Below, piece by piece: positions 43,831-57,200 of a stretch of 64,000 bases of DNA. Each line of letters opens with the position of its first letter. The stretch's first letter is position 1. This stretch comes from Chrysomallon squamiferum (taxonomy: Eukaryota > Animalia > Mollusca): positions 7,750,001 through 7,814,000 of the forward strand of contig CM022673.1 of assembly GCA_012295275.1 (NCBI GenBank), read 5' to 3'. The notes beneath the pieces are model-generated. The model worked only from the letters and a program-made list of their open reading frames with translations. It had not been told where the DNA came from and made no database searches. Made by a program: the position numbers and the translations under genes.

Positions 43831-44042
43831 CTGCAATCCGATACTAAAATCAGCTTAAGAAAAAAAAAAAAAAAAAATTTCCAAAATAAAAAACAAGCAG
43901 AATGAAATAAATTATGTATTGTGTAAAACACAGCTGCAATCTGATACTAAAATCAGCTTAGGAAAAAAAAAAATCCAACCCCATCTAAAAAAAAAAAACC
44001 CCAAGCTGAACGAAATAAATTATGTATTGTGTAAAACACAGC
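43831..44042. repeat. Tandem duplication, unit about 103 bp, 2 copies
   Basis: CTGCAATCYGATACTAAAATCAGCTTA...GAAATAAATTATGTATTGTGTAAAACACAGC occurs twice in succession. Confidence 0.9.
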
Positions 44043-44169
44043 ACTTAAGTGGTATATATATATATATAAAGAGAGACAGAGAGAGATTTTAATTAAAGCG
44101 GACTTTCAGAGGCAGAAAAAGGAAGCTTTGTGGGTCGCTTGATGAAGCCTCCTTGAGGCGTTCTTTTAA

Positions 44170-44335
44170 TTGTTTTCAGTTCCAAAGGGTACTCATGACT
44201 GATTATTAAAGGCAGTGGTATGTGATTTTTCTGTCTACGTCTTCGATCCGTACTCATATCGACAGTTATTATATATGACAATACCACGGAAACATAATAA
44301 TCTTGGATATTAAAATGTGTTGAGTTGCCGTTCTG
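44170..44335 (+). mobile_element. Degenerate SINE fragment (same family as 35243)
   Basis: Shares TAAAG..WGTGGTATGT..TTTTC..TCTA with 35243; ends in a TAAAATGTGTTGAGT tail-like segment. Confidence 0.45.
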
Positions 44336-44631
44336 TTTTACGTTCAGTTTACAATGATAATAACGGTAATAAAAAATGTATCCATTATATAACGATACAG
44401 CAACAACAGCAATAACAGCATAAAAAATACTAAATAAATAAATGCTGATGTTGATGATGATGACGATGATGCTGTATACAGTTTTTAATATAAATAGAAA
44501 ATAGTTACCTTATTTCGTATTATAACAAAATGTTGTGCTATTACATGATTGTTTATTATATAACTGATGCTCTTTTTATTTTTATTATTTTTATTTTTTT
44601 TAACCATCGCTGTTCTTGTATTTGTTTTCAG

Positions 44632-45260
44632 ATGATGCTGAATACCTAAATGTGACAGTCGTGTAACCGCCTTCAGCTAACTACGCATAGAAAAAACAAC
44701 AAGACAACGTCGTCGCTCGACTGGAAGTCTTTACAATTGTACTTTCTTAAGAAAGAATCAGATGAGTTATAGTTGTTCCAAACAGAAATTAAAATAATAG
44801 AAGAAAAAAAAAAAAAAAACCAGAAAAGAATGGAAAAAAATAAAACTTAAACAAATACCTCTGAAAGAGATTCATTTCCATGTTTTTGACTAATATACGA
44901 TGTACTTTATTTTTATTTTTATTTTTCGTTTTCTTTTTTAAATTCGAAAACAAAGATTTTATAGGACATATTTTTAGTTACTCTACAAAGACCATTGTGC
45001 TTTCGTGATAGGTGTGCTTGGCAAAACTGCGTGCTTTGATTATCACTGGAATATTTGGTTGATGACATTACGCTTTTGTTTTCTTAAATTTGTGTGGACT
45101 TATTGTATGGACTATTATGCTGATGTCAATTGGAAGGAAACATTTCTGGTACATATCATTTACAAAAAAAACGAGACACCAATGAACGTTTCTGAAATGC
45201 TGTTCACTAAGAAATCTTCATTTTGTGTTTCCACTGTGTACATCCGATAAACCGACAAAC
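44632..45260 (+). other. Probable 5'UTR part of the GPCR coding exon (spliced from an upstream non-coding exon)
   Basis: Strong acceptor TGTTCTTGTATTTGTTTTCAG ending at 44631, about 630 nt before the GPCR ATG; several upstream ATGs follow it. Confidence 0.45.
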
Positions 45261-46514
45261 ATGGACTCAGAGTATCTAAACAGCACGTTGTCGCTGGAGA
45301 CCACCACTCCCTTGATGGACAGCATCGACCCAAACGTGCAGTACGTCCAAAACGTCATGGCGCAGATACAGAAGTACTATCTGTGGGTGATATTTGCCTT
45401 AGGCTTCCCTGGCAACTGCGCTACCATAGTAACGGTCATTCGAATGTCGCCGCCGAGGTCACTGACAGTGTACATTGTTCTCCTAGCCGTGGTGGACAAC
45501 CTCGCTCTGATAAACAAAATTCTTATAATAGCACTACTGGTCGACTTGAAGGTGCACATAGGAGACCTTGGATGCAGGGTGTTTGGTTTCTGCGGCAATT
45601 TTCTCGTCACGTTTGCGAACTGGCTTCTCGTTGCCATGTCCATAGAAAGATTTGCTGCGGTATGGTTCCCGTTCCATGTCGGCCAGTGGTGGACCTTTAG
45701 GAAGTCGTTGGTAGTCCTCGCAGCGGTGGCAGTTCCACTAGTTGCCGTTTTCCTTCACTACTTCTGGACGTTTCATTTCGTCTACAGTACTGTCAACGGC
45801 CGTGTTTCATGCCTTCATTATCCACAGTATGCCGGTTTCATAGCCGTGTTCGAGTGGCTGAATGTCGCAATATACGCATTTATTCCGTGTTTCCTTCTTC
45901 TGGTCTTCAACGTCCTGGTCATTCAGGGAATAGTCAAGTCCACGAGAAGCAGACGGTACCTCAACGGCGGCCATCAAAGCGAATCGGAATGTCTCGTACG
46001 ACAGCGCCAAGTGACCATCATGCTGGTGACGGCCGCTGTCGTACTGCTGGTTTTCACGACGCCGCGGTGTGTGCTCCTCATTCTGGACAATTACTGGGAG
46101 TTCGGCCACAGGACAATCGAGCAGGCTTGGAAGCAGCTAGCTGACCAGGTATCTTTTATACTGTGCGACTCGACTCACGCTGTCAATTTTTACCTGTATT
46201 CTCTAAGCGCAAAGAAGTTTCGCTTTCATTTCTTTGATCTGCTGATGTGTAGATCGGCGACAACGACCAACAACACGTTCGTCATGTCGTTGTCGTCGCG
46301 GTCGTCGGGGCGCAAAACGCCGCACTCGCGTCATCTCCATGACAACAGGAATAGCGTCCGGTTTCCCATTATTTCGAACGTGTCACAGGGTGGCCATGAC
46401 GTAGCCAATGACGACACGAGCAAAATGCTTAACGACAAAACAGCAGTGAAATACCAGAGTCCGAATACCGCGGTGAAATGGGGCAGAGTGTATTTCTGCA
46501 GCAATAATCGTTAA
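45261..46514 (+). CDS. Class A (rhodopsin-like) orphan GPCR of the FMRFamide/sex-peptide receptor-like group, 417 aa, intronless CDS
   Basis: Seven hydrophobic segments. TM1 GFPGN, TM2 LAVVD, TM3 Cys plus MSIERFAAVWFP, ECL2 Cys, TM5 FIPC, TM6 FTTP, TM7 VNFYLY and helix 8 KKFR. N-terminal sequon NST. Start placed at AAACATGG (45261) rather than the GTG at 45225. GC-rich relative to flanks. Confidence 0.93.
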   Translation: MDSEYLNSTLSLETTTPLMDSIDPNVQYVQNVMAQIQKYYLWVIFALGFPGNCATIVTVIRMSPPRSLTVYIVLLAVVDNLALINKILIIALLVDLKVHIGDLGCRVFGFCGNFLVTFANWLLVAMSIERFAAVWFPFHVGQWWTFRKSLVVLAAVAVPLVAVFLHYFWTFHFVYSTVNGRVSCLHYPQYAGFIAVFEWLNVAIYAFIPCFLLLVFNVLVIQGIVKSTRSRRYLNGGHQSESECLVRQRQVTIMLVTAAVVLLVFTTPRCVLLILDNYWEFGHRTIEQAWKQLADQVSFILCDSTHAVNFYLYSLSAKKFRFHFFDLLMCRSATTTNNTFVMSLSSRSSGRKTPHSRHLHDNRNSVRFPIISNVSQGGHDVANDDTSKMLNDKTAVKYQSPNTAVKWGRVYFCSNNR

Positions 46515-46615
46515 CATCCGATTTGTCCTCAGTAGTAAGTGATGAGCAAATGTTGATTAAGGAAGTATGAAAACAAACAGACTTACATGCACGTAAATAC
46601 ACTGTATATAATGAA

Positions 46616-46654
<39 letters not shown>

Positions 46655-47378
46655 CATGTTTATTACTGTTATTCTTAATGCAGTTTGTCCTCAGTGGAAC
46701 GTCTGTTCTTGAAGATTTCACAATTTCAGTAGTAAAATGTAAATGGAGTTACAAAGAACAGGTAACTCTAAAAAAAAATCTATATTTATTATATTGCTTG
46801 CTGCATGCAGACTTACGAAAAATTCATATTTGTCAAGGACTGTAGGATATATATTGTATGTAAATAAAGTTCTGTTGTAAAAAAAAAAATAATAATAAAA
46901 AAACAATAACAAAAACAAAAAAAAAAAAAAAAAATGTTTTGTTTTCCAGTTAATTTTCTTATCTCTAGTTACGCATGCGCGTGCACTGGCATCTTTTTCT
47001 CTTTTGCCATCGATAACCATTGTCTGTCTTTATTCTTTATATTTCGCCGTCAGTAAATAAATTTCGTAAAAATAATGTATGTCGGAAACTGCTCGTTGAA
47101 GGTGCTTTTGAACAAAGAGGAATGAAAACACTTCGGATTTACTTTTGATGTAACGGACTTCACTTAGGAAACATTCAAATGTAGTAAACATGTACATGAC
47201 AGGTGCGGATCCAGAATTTTACAGTATGGAGAATCTTGTTATAACAACAGTTTGAAGTGTATCGTATGTACATTATTATTATTATTTTTATTATTTTATT
47301 ATTATTATTATTATTTTTACGATTTATTATTAATATTTACTTATTTAGTTTTATTTATTTATTTATTTATTTATTCTT

Positions 47379-47412
<34 letters not shown>

Positions 47413-48683
47413 ATTTTTCGTTTACTGTTATATTTATCGCATTAAAATTTGGTAATTTGTAAGAAAAACAAAACAAAAGTATACAAACAAACAAAGCATC
47501 CAATCAATATCATTAAACTACTAATTTTCAACATAAACTCACTATCAAAGCTTACAATACGAATAATGAACGTTACACCAAATTTTTACTGCCTTCTAAT
47601 GCAGAATAATTGAATAAATGAATCCCTGAATGAATACACTAATACATCTAAATACATTTTAATGTCGTCCTTTATTAATTGTGAAAGATATGTTTTGTAT
47701 CATATATAAAGAAAAAATAAAAATGAACTTTTTTTCATCATTTGTTTGTTTGAACTTTCTGTGGAAAATCAGAACTTCGATGAAATTCAAGGAAGGCATG
47801 TTAGTGATGAAATTAGTTTTATGTCTATTTATAATAATAATAAATAATAATAATAATATATGTTACTTTATAGTCTTGTTTGTTTTTCTTGTTTTTAACA
47901 TCAGTTTAAAACATTGACCAGAATGACCGGGGAGGTGACCTTATGCATTTATTTTTGCCATCAGCTAGAACTCAATACAAGCTAAAAGCAGTTCTTGTCA
48001 AACTATGAAAATATATCACTGGCTAATCACGACTTCCTGATTTTGGATCAAGCTTATTAAGCAAGGAGATACGGTAATTTGGACTGTGACATTTCAGAAA
48101 GACCCACTACATTGCATTTTTCTTTGTCAGCAAGCCAGTTTCCCTGTTTGCTACAATTAAATTTGGAATTCGTCTGAAAATCATAATGGCTCTCTGTCAA
48201 GCAGACCTCTTTGATTACCTTTTGTCAATGTACATTGAAGAATATAAAATAATGATCTCTCATCTTTATTGGAACGTCGAAGGAAACTGGCGACAATGAA
48301 AGGGCTGTTTGTGAAGTTCAGACAAGGCTTTTAATAAAGCAAACACTTAGGCCTTTGTTAACCTTTTGTCCATCTTCAAACAAATGTTAATCGTTGATTG
48401 TCAAATGTGAAGATTTTGGACGACAATGTCAAGGCATTCTGCTTTGTTATTATTTTGTTCACACATACAGTTATCTTATCCACTGGTGTATTTGAGAACC
48501 TTTATGAACGAAGTGAGATAATAAAAAACACAGTGTCAGTTTAATAAATTATCACACTTTCTTGTCAAACACTGGGCAACTTCTAATGTATTTAAATTAT
48601 ACTCATGAACATTATTTTAGGTACATTTTAAATTAAAGATTTTTATGTTAATATTTACATATCTTCCAAACCAATGTCATCTC

Positions 48684-48718
<35 letters not shown>

Positions 48719-48720
48719 CA

Positions 48721-48767
<47 letters not shown>

Positions 48768-49204
48768 TAAATATCAAAGATGACTTTATAGCTACGATAA
48801 TTTTTATTTAATTCCGGTAAATTATAAGATTTTAGTAATATATTATCTATGCTTCTGATTTCAGCAGTATAAAATTTATTCTGCCACCAGCATGATATTT
48901 GCGCTAATTCAAGCCTTTTCAATATCTAATCGTTTCAAGTACCTACTATTAAATTTCAAAGAGTACTAGCCGCTTGTGGACTTTCAGTTTATTTTAATGC
49001 AACAAATGGGTTTATTCTGCTTAAAGTCGTCAATTATCTCACCAGCTATTACGTCACAAACTGTAGTTTGTTTTTTGCATTTTTTTATTTTCTTTCTACA
49101 TCTTTTATTTTTCTTCCTCTTTTTTAAAACACACAAACTAAAAATAATTTTAAAAAAAAATGAATGAATGAATGAATAAATAAATAAATAAATAAATAAA
49201 ATAA

Positions 49205-49240
<36 letters not shown>

Positions 49241-49897
49241 CAGCAACTTACTTAAAATATACTCGAAGTAATTTTAAAATAAGAACATACGAAATAAAAA
49301 GATAAATAAGAAAGCTTTAATTACCGATGCAATTAAAGTATTTTGAATCTAAATGACGATTATGTGCGTGTGTGTGTGGATGTCTGTGTGTACGTGTGTT
49401 GGTATACTGACAAAACAAATAATGCTGGAAATCTTCTTCCTTCATATACGAGCTATTCTTTTTTAAAGCTTATAAATCGAGGTTAGCACGAGGGGGGAAA
49501 TTAAAAATGTTTTAAGGGAGATGTAATGTGAGCTAATGGGTTTTACTCTAATATGGCAACATAAAAAAAAAATGACCCGCTACAATAATGTGAAAAAGAG
49601 ATATTAACTTCTGATATATCATCATTCAGCATTATATTAATGTTAAATTTTAATTAATTTTTTATTTTAATATCTAAAATCTCAAAATACATCTGCCGTA
49701 AAATCAAAATATATAAATGTTCTGGAATTATTTTTTTTTTTTTTTTTTTTTTACAAAGAGGATTACGTAACAACCATTATTACTAATATTACCTAACGAT
49801 GACGTCAGAGCACTCTGCATGCTCAAACTGCTTTCGCATCAGTTAATACATTTCTGCATCTGAAACAAATTTTTAAAAGTTTACATCATTATTTTTG

Positions 49898-49936
<39 letters not shown>

Positions 49937-50275
49937 TAAAAAGATCGGATAGAAAGAAAGAATTAGTACGGATGACAAAACCAAAAAGAAGAAAATAACA
50001 TGCAACTCGAATACACAGGAACGACACCAAAAGCTTGCTTATTTTACACAGTAACTTCCCTTGAGTTAACGACATTTCCAGTAATTTGTGAAAGTTAATA
50101 AATCCACGGTTTCCACTTCGCGTCAGAAATACACGTTGTTCTGTTACTAATTAACTTATTACAGACAGAACCTTGTCGTTCCAGCACTGAATATCTCCCA
50201 CCGTCTGCCTTTTATGTTGTTGTCAAGAACTGTGTATAATTCTTCTTATTATAAAAGTTTCAGTTATTCTGTCAA

Positions 50276-50347
<72 letters not shown>

Positions 50348-50634
50348 GTCCCTTTTCTCTATTTTTCTCGCTTTAATCGTCCTTTCCTGATACAAAATTA
50401 TTCTGCCCGTCTCTATGTCCGTCTCTTATCTCCGCTGTTTTCACCTGTCTATTTATCTGTCTATATATCTTCCGGCCTATTAGTCTATCAGTTTGTTGGT
50501 CTGTCTGTTTTTCTATGTATCTACTTATTTATTTACCTATAGACCTAACCTTTATATATCTACACCTCAAGTTATCAAGCTGTTATGTTTTATTTATATA
50601 ACAGAAAATCGATTGGTTATATTTCTTTTTGTTC

Positions 50635-50683
<49 letters not shown>

Positions 50684-52273
50684 TAATTTATTAGTAATAT
50701 TAGTATTTTTAATTATTTTTTTTTTTTTTTTTTTTTCATTACAATTTAAATCATGTAATTATAAAAAAAAAATTAATTAGAACATGTTTTGCACGCTTCT
50801 TTACGTCACCGGAAACAAATATTGTTTAGATTGTCTTTTGATCAGGTTTCGCGTAGATTAATTCCTGTTGGCCAGTTCTTTTGCAGAGCTCTGCTTTTCA
50901 GGAAGGAAATTAATTTCTATAACATTGCTTTATGTTGTCATGTTTCCGCCCCAGTACCTGATTGCCGTTTTCACTTTTTGCGTTCAAATGTCATGTCTAT
51001 AACAATAGCTTTGTCATCAAGCTGTTTGTGTTTGTTCTTTGGTGGGTTTTTTGTTTTTTCTTTCTTTCTTTTTAATAATACATTCTGAATTTATCATATT
51101 GTTAGTATTGTCGCGTTAATATGTATATATAATTATAACGTACCGATGTCAGTTTTGTTTATACGTAATTATTTGGTAACAGGAATAAAATATTTCCAAG
51201 TTAATATTTTGTTAGTTTTTTGCGGCTAGTCTTAGATATTAAAAATAATGTTTGACAGTGCAATTGTTCATTTATGTATCATTTCAGTGATGTCATTTTA
51301 ATAATGACAATAACAATAGCGCATATCCCAGCTTTCATATCTTTCTTTCCATTATTATTATTATTATTATTTATTTATTTATTTTTTTTTATTTATTTTT
51401 TTTTTTTTTACTGCCATCCTTTCTAAGTCTGTCTCGTTTTCTTTCTCGGTTTGTCACGTTCTTTCATTCATTATTTCGTTCTTAAAATGAGTCATCATTT
51501 GTTTACAAGTTATTAAGAACTCTGAGACTACATGACTGTCATGTCTGATATTTTAAATCAACGACGTCGTAATCAGAGGCTGTTATTCAAAAAGGCGTGG
51601 GTGTGTCAAGAAGTTCCCAGGGTCTGCACTGGACATCAATATTTTCTAAAATTTGTTCTTTCGTTAATAACCTCAAGCGGGTTCACCATCGTACTGACAC
51701 ATTCACCGTTCTGAATGTGACGTTTTCATACGAAAAGTCTGTTTCCTGTAGTTGTTCCTAAAATAAATTATAATTAGTAGACACTGCATTCATATATATA
51801 TATATAGATATAGATACGTAGCTTTTTTTTGCATGAGTAATTGGCGGAAATGCAACAGGAATTTATGGAATCTTTGTGAACTGTTTTATAACACCGTGGC
51901 TCCTTAGGAGCTTACTGTGTTTGAGAAAACTGAAATGAAATGTGGTGAATCCCACGTTCAGTTCTACTGGTTTCCTTATTCGGGCTATTTCTCAATGATT
52001 TGCCAAACAGGTTTATAATCGATATCATGTGCATACATACAAACAAATTTGAGTAAAACACGATCATTTTTTCGTCTTTTCCATTTTTCAAATCTATTTT
52101 TTTCCTTACTTATTTTTTATTTCCTTTTCTTCATCGTCTTGTTGTTTTAAGCTTCTTGGCATTTCTTTGAAATAAGACTCTTACACCTGAAGATTTAAAA
52201 TTTTCATTTCCATTCACCTGCCACTATAAACTATTTCCAGTTTCGTGCCTCTTGAAATACGGAAAGAAAAATG

Positions 52274-52695
52274 GAATGGATGAATGAATGAATATTTAAC
52301 AACAACCCCCCCCAGGACGAAAAACATATCGGCTGTTGTATGTCAAACCAAAGGTGAACACAACAAAATGATGATCACTTTATACATAAAAATTCAAAAT
52401 TTAATTAAAACATAGTGTAAAGAGGTGTGCAAGAATAAAAGCAAAGCAAGTTCAATTAAATTAAGATTTATAGTAAAATTCTGTAACTTTCCAAAAAAAT
52501 TTAAAACAAATTCTGGACGACACAAAGATATCTTTCCTTATCTGCTTAAGATAATGCCACTCCACCAAAATGTGGCGTGCTGTCAGCGTAGGCTGACAAT
52601 GTTCACACCGAGGTGGGCGATCCCTCTTCGGGGTAAACGCATGGGTGAAATAAATGTGACTGATTCGAGCACGAAACAAGAGAACTGCCAGTCTA
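52274..52695 (-). mobile_element. 5'-truncated, decayed non-LTR retrotransposon (I-group/Nimb-like LINE): ORF2 C-terminal zinc knuckle, 3'UTR and (TTCA)n tail
   Basis: The minus-strand peptide RARISHIYFTHAFTPKRDRPPRCEHCQPTLTARHILVEW fits the R.RIGH...TH......PP.C..C...LTV.HIL..C pattern, with the last Cys mutated to Trp. A short (GAAT)n tract on + marks the 3' tail. Confidence 0.8.
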
Positions 52696-54261
52696 CCAGA
52701 ATGAAGACAAACCTGAAAATGTGCTTCAGGTTGCATGTGACATTTTCCTATATGCAGTGTCACGTGCATGGAACAATACAGAGAAGTTAACAACCTGAAA
52801 CGACTGGTTTGTAGACTTGATAAATATACTTTCTTGTCATTGGGGTGATGACAGGTGTTGGTTTTTTTTTTTTTTTTTCTTGTTTTTTATAACACAACCT
52901 AAAGACGTTCGTCTGAAGATTACACAGCGGAAATAAACCAACAGACGATGATGGATTATTAATGAATACAGACTTTATATTTGAGGTAATTATCTTCCTA
53001 CGATTCTGACAGAAATTATATATGAATAAAATAAAAAAATAAAATAATAAAAAAAAAAAAAAAAATACAAACACTAACAGTATTAATAATAATAAGAAGA
53101 AGAAAAAGAAGACAAATTTAGAAGCTGTTAAATGTTAATGACAACATGTTCATAAAATTAACGAAAAGATTTCTCAAAATGGACAGCAAATTGGAAAAGC
53201 GATGGAAATATTTAACCGTGATTTGCTGCTCAAATCTGATTAATTTGAAAGCTTTTCTTCTTGCTGTTAGTTCAAACACATAGATAATTTTGTGTCTGTT
53301 GATAAATATCACCGTTGTACCAGACGTTATTTGTAGATATAATGTACGTGTTTGTATGTTAGTACAACGAATTTGATTTAAATAAGCTTTTTTTTTTCCT
53401 TCCCTATTTTCATATTTTTCTTCTTAATCTAAGTTTCTTTTTAATTTTAGAAATATCATGAAAGAAAAGGCATTGCCAGTGATCGCATGATAAATTAATA
53501 ATCATAATACAGATTTTATTTGCTGGCACAATGATATACATATATTTAACGTTTCACGACGAACAATCGAAGAGCATAGCTTGAAACGAGAATGGGAAAT
53601 GAGTGCACAAATGAAACAAGCTCTAAACGATATTCAAGCACGAAGAAAATTATATATAAAACTGCCATTGAAAAACATAATATGCAACCCATAAATCAAC
53701 TTTTAAAAATGCTTTATTATAGCTATTAGTTAAAATGTTAAATGAATGCATTTTTTTGTGTTTCCTTAAATTTGAAATAATGCGTTTATTTTGGGGGTGT
53801 TTTTTGTATGTGGCGGGGTGTTGGTATATTTCACGTCAAGTGCATTTTGAAAACTTGGACAGATTATAAAAAGTATATGAACTGCGAGGTTAAAATCAAG
53901 GTTTGCCAATATCTAGCAGTAGTAATAGTAGTAGTAGTTTAGTAAAATTGTTCTATTTCAGAATCAGTGTGTTTCATTCTCTTTCCCTTGTTCTCTACCT
54001 TTTCACAATCACTTTTTGTTTTTGTTTTTGTTTTTTTGTTGTTGTTTTTTTCTGCTTATAATGCTTGTCGAATTGTCACCTTGATAAAAAGTGTATGGTT
54101 TGAGCCTTGAACTTAAAAATCCATCGTCTGAAAGCAATCAGAAAGAGACATAGAAGAACATCTGTTACAGTGCGATTCAAATGATAAATATTACTAATGT
54201 GTGTCCCGTCATTGAATGTTTGACTGACCGGTCGTTGTTCGATTTTGTTTGTTTGTTGTTG

Positions 54262-54292
<31 letters not shown>

Positions 54293-57200
54293 TTTTTTTT
54301 TTTTGTCATTTAAGAATGTGACGACGTTTGTCGAATGTCGTAGAGTGGGTTTGTGTGAGTATGTAAAAGTTCAGAGAAACAGTCTACTAATGAGAACAAG
54401 TTGGCGTCAGATTATCAGTAACTGTTGTGTTTTTTTTTTCTGTTTATCCCTCTATCTGTCTCTGGCTGTCTCTCTGACTGTTAACTCTCGCAAAATTATG
54501 TTCGATATCTAGTCAAACTGATTTGTTCACAAATAAATAATGACTCAGTGATATCTCCGAAATATTCTATAGTATTTGATGTATTTCAAAACTGCCCCTG
54601 CAGAATTAATATCCTCGCAGTTTATTATCATGAACATAAACAAAAAACTATTTAACATAAAAAATAAAATAAAAACAAACAAACAAATAATAAATAAATA
54701 AATAAATAAATAAAATTTTAAAATAGTAGGCGTCCAACCAAGAATTACAATGTGCCATATTCAATATGGATGAAACAAAAAATATAGCCATAAATACAGC
54801 TTTAAAGAAAATCAATGTCAATGGTAAATTTTTTTTTTTTTTTTTTTTTTTTGCAGATATACCTAATTCTGACAAAGTTTATATATTTTTTTTCTTTGAC
54901 TAGACTGTTTTTTGTATGTCAAGGTAAAAGCTAGTGACTAGCAATGTGGTTTAAAAGAAATTTTAAAATAAGTCATAAGAAATTTTTTTATTTATGCATA
55001 TCAAATTAGGAACTGAAAAAAAAGTTCTATTTTCATGTAAATATGTGGGTGTTATTCCCAAGGGGTTGATTTTTTATTAATTAGATTGTTTAAAACTAAA
55101 TAATTAGATTCAGATTTGAACTTCAGTACCTCAGTAAATGTTTTAATTTATCATATAGTATAAATTATAAAAATAAAAGCTTAAGATTCTAAAAGCACAT
55201 ATTAGACTAACTATAAATGGTTTTATAAAATTGTGTTAACGGAGATAAATATCATTAGATTGTTAGAGAAATTAACTGGTTTTATATGCCTCCTTGTTAT
55301 TTCTTTGCATTAATATGGTTACAAAAAATACCTTTAAAAATGAAATGAACAGAATTTTTTCACACACATGTACACACCGAGTATTAAAATCTTACAAAGC
55401 AATATTTTCATTTTATGATCATAGACCTGATGTAATGTAGTTATTTCTTTGCTGCTTAAAAATCATTTCTAAGAAAACAATCTTTTTAAACTCTACTGAA
55501 CCAAATATTTTTTCATCCCTAATTATGAACATTTAATTACAAATTGACAATATAAAGAAATATAAACTGATAATTTTGAGTTAACAAAATTCCAAACCAT
55601 CTAAAAAAAAAAAAAAAAAAACAGTGAAGTTTCAAAAACATTTATTTTGTTGCTTTACACTGATAATTGCACTCAATACACAAAAATATATTAAACATTT
55701 GTACAGAATATGTTCTGAAAATAATATTAAAAAGAAATCATGACTTCTTTTAAAATATATATGCAAACATTTGTGTTTAAAAAAAATTTCAAGGAACCAG
55801 CAGTAATATTAGTAATAACAATGATAATTATAAAATAAATTTCTGTGTATGTGATGCATTTATGAATATATTTTTAAAAAATGCATTGAAGGCATTTAAC
55901 TAAATTAATTTTGACTCTACTTCATTGCTGTGGATGTGTTGTGAGGATTAGTGGTTAGTGAATTATTACAAACATACATTTATTTAAAACATTTTTTTAT
56001 AAACTTACTTGATTGCTTGACTGTTTCAAAAACCTTGTTTTTCTACATTAAAAATACTGCACAAATGCTATCTACATACCAGCATATCTGTTAAACAGAC
56101 CAATTAACAGTTAACTGAAAAATATATACAATGTATATATTAAAAAGGAATAAAAAATAAAATATGTTTAACACACGTATGTATGTATGTATGTATGTAT
56201 GTATGTGTGTGTGTTGCATACATAAACACATATCTATATATTTTTAAAGAAACCCTGAAATGAAATCTGAAAAACAAACAACAACAAAATAAATATATGA
56301 ATAAATTAAATAAATAAACAAACTGTTAAGAATAATATACCTAAAGTTTTAACAATTTTAATCAATGCCCAGAATTCCAAGGAGAAGTCAAATTAGTATC
56401 CACGGGTGGCATATCTGAATATTCTACTAACTGCACTTTGCTACAAATTACCAATACCTATGTTTTGACATTCGTTTTAAAACTGTTACGTACTGAATTA
56501 AACTAATAAAATACAAGATTTACAACCTTAATCATAGTGGATTGCTAGATCTGTCTCCACCTTACAACCAGTACTAATTGAACTAAAAGCAATTTATTAT
56601 TTTTTTATTTTGTCAACAACCCAAAACAATTTTGATTTTGAATACTTTTGTACATACACTTTTATAGTGTACATCATGACTGAACATAAAATTACAGTAT
56701 CAAAATGTAAACTTCCATGCTATTATTAAAATATCAGATATATCAATTCTCTTAAACTGACAAAATAAAATATATATTTGATATATATTAGTTAAAACAA
56801 AAAAGAAAATGTAAAATTAACAAAACAATTGGACGGATTTGAAAAATCACAGTTTAAAAAAAATACTAAACAACTTTTATTGTAAAATAAAATAATGTTT
56901 GTATTTACAGTAACAATAAAATACTAAAACATTTTGCAGTAGACCACATGTAAAATGTAACAAGTTTGTTTCACAAACACACATGCATATTTTTATATAT
57001 ACATACACATATTTTATTTTTGCACCTGGTGCTACTGCTGTAAACAACCTTTGTTTGTTTGTTCATTTTATGGACAACAGAATATTTTGTCTTGATAATT
57101 TTACATATATGTAAATATTGATGTTTGTGTTGTGGATGCATGTACATGTGCATGTGTGTGCATGTGTAGATGTTTGTATCTGTGATATCTGTGTTTGTTT

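Noticed and set aside
45225-45260. GTG-initiated N-terminal extension of the GPCR in the ORF track
   Set aside because: Eukaryotic gene; the ATG at 45261 has a good initiation context.
45377-46144. Overlapping sense and antisense ORFs within the GPCR
   Set aside because: Expected by-product of GC-rich coding sequence.
47200-47220. CAGGTGCGGATCCAGAATTTT, resembling a MITE terminus
   Set aside because: No matching opposite end or TSD was found; too short to call.
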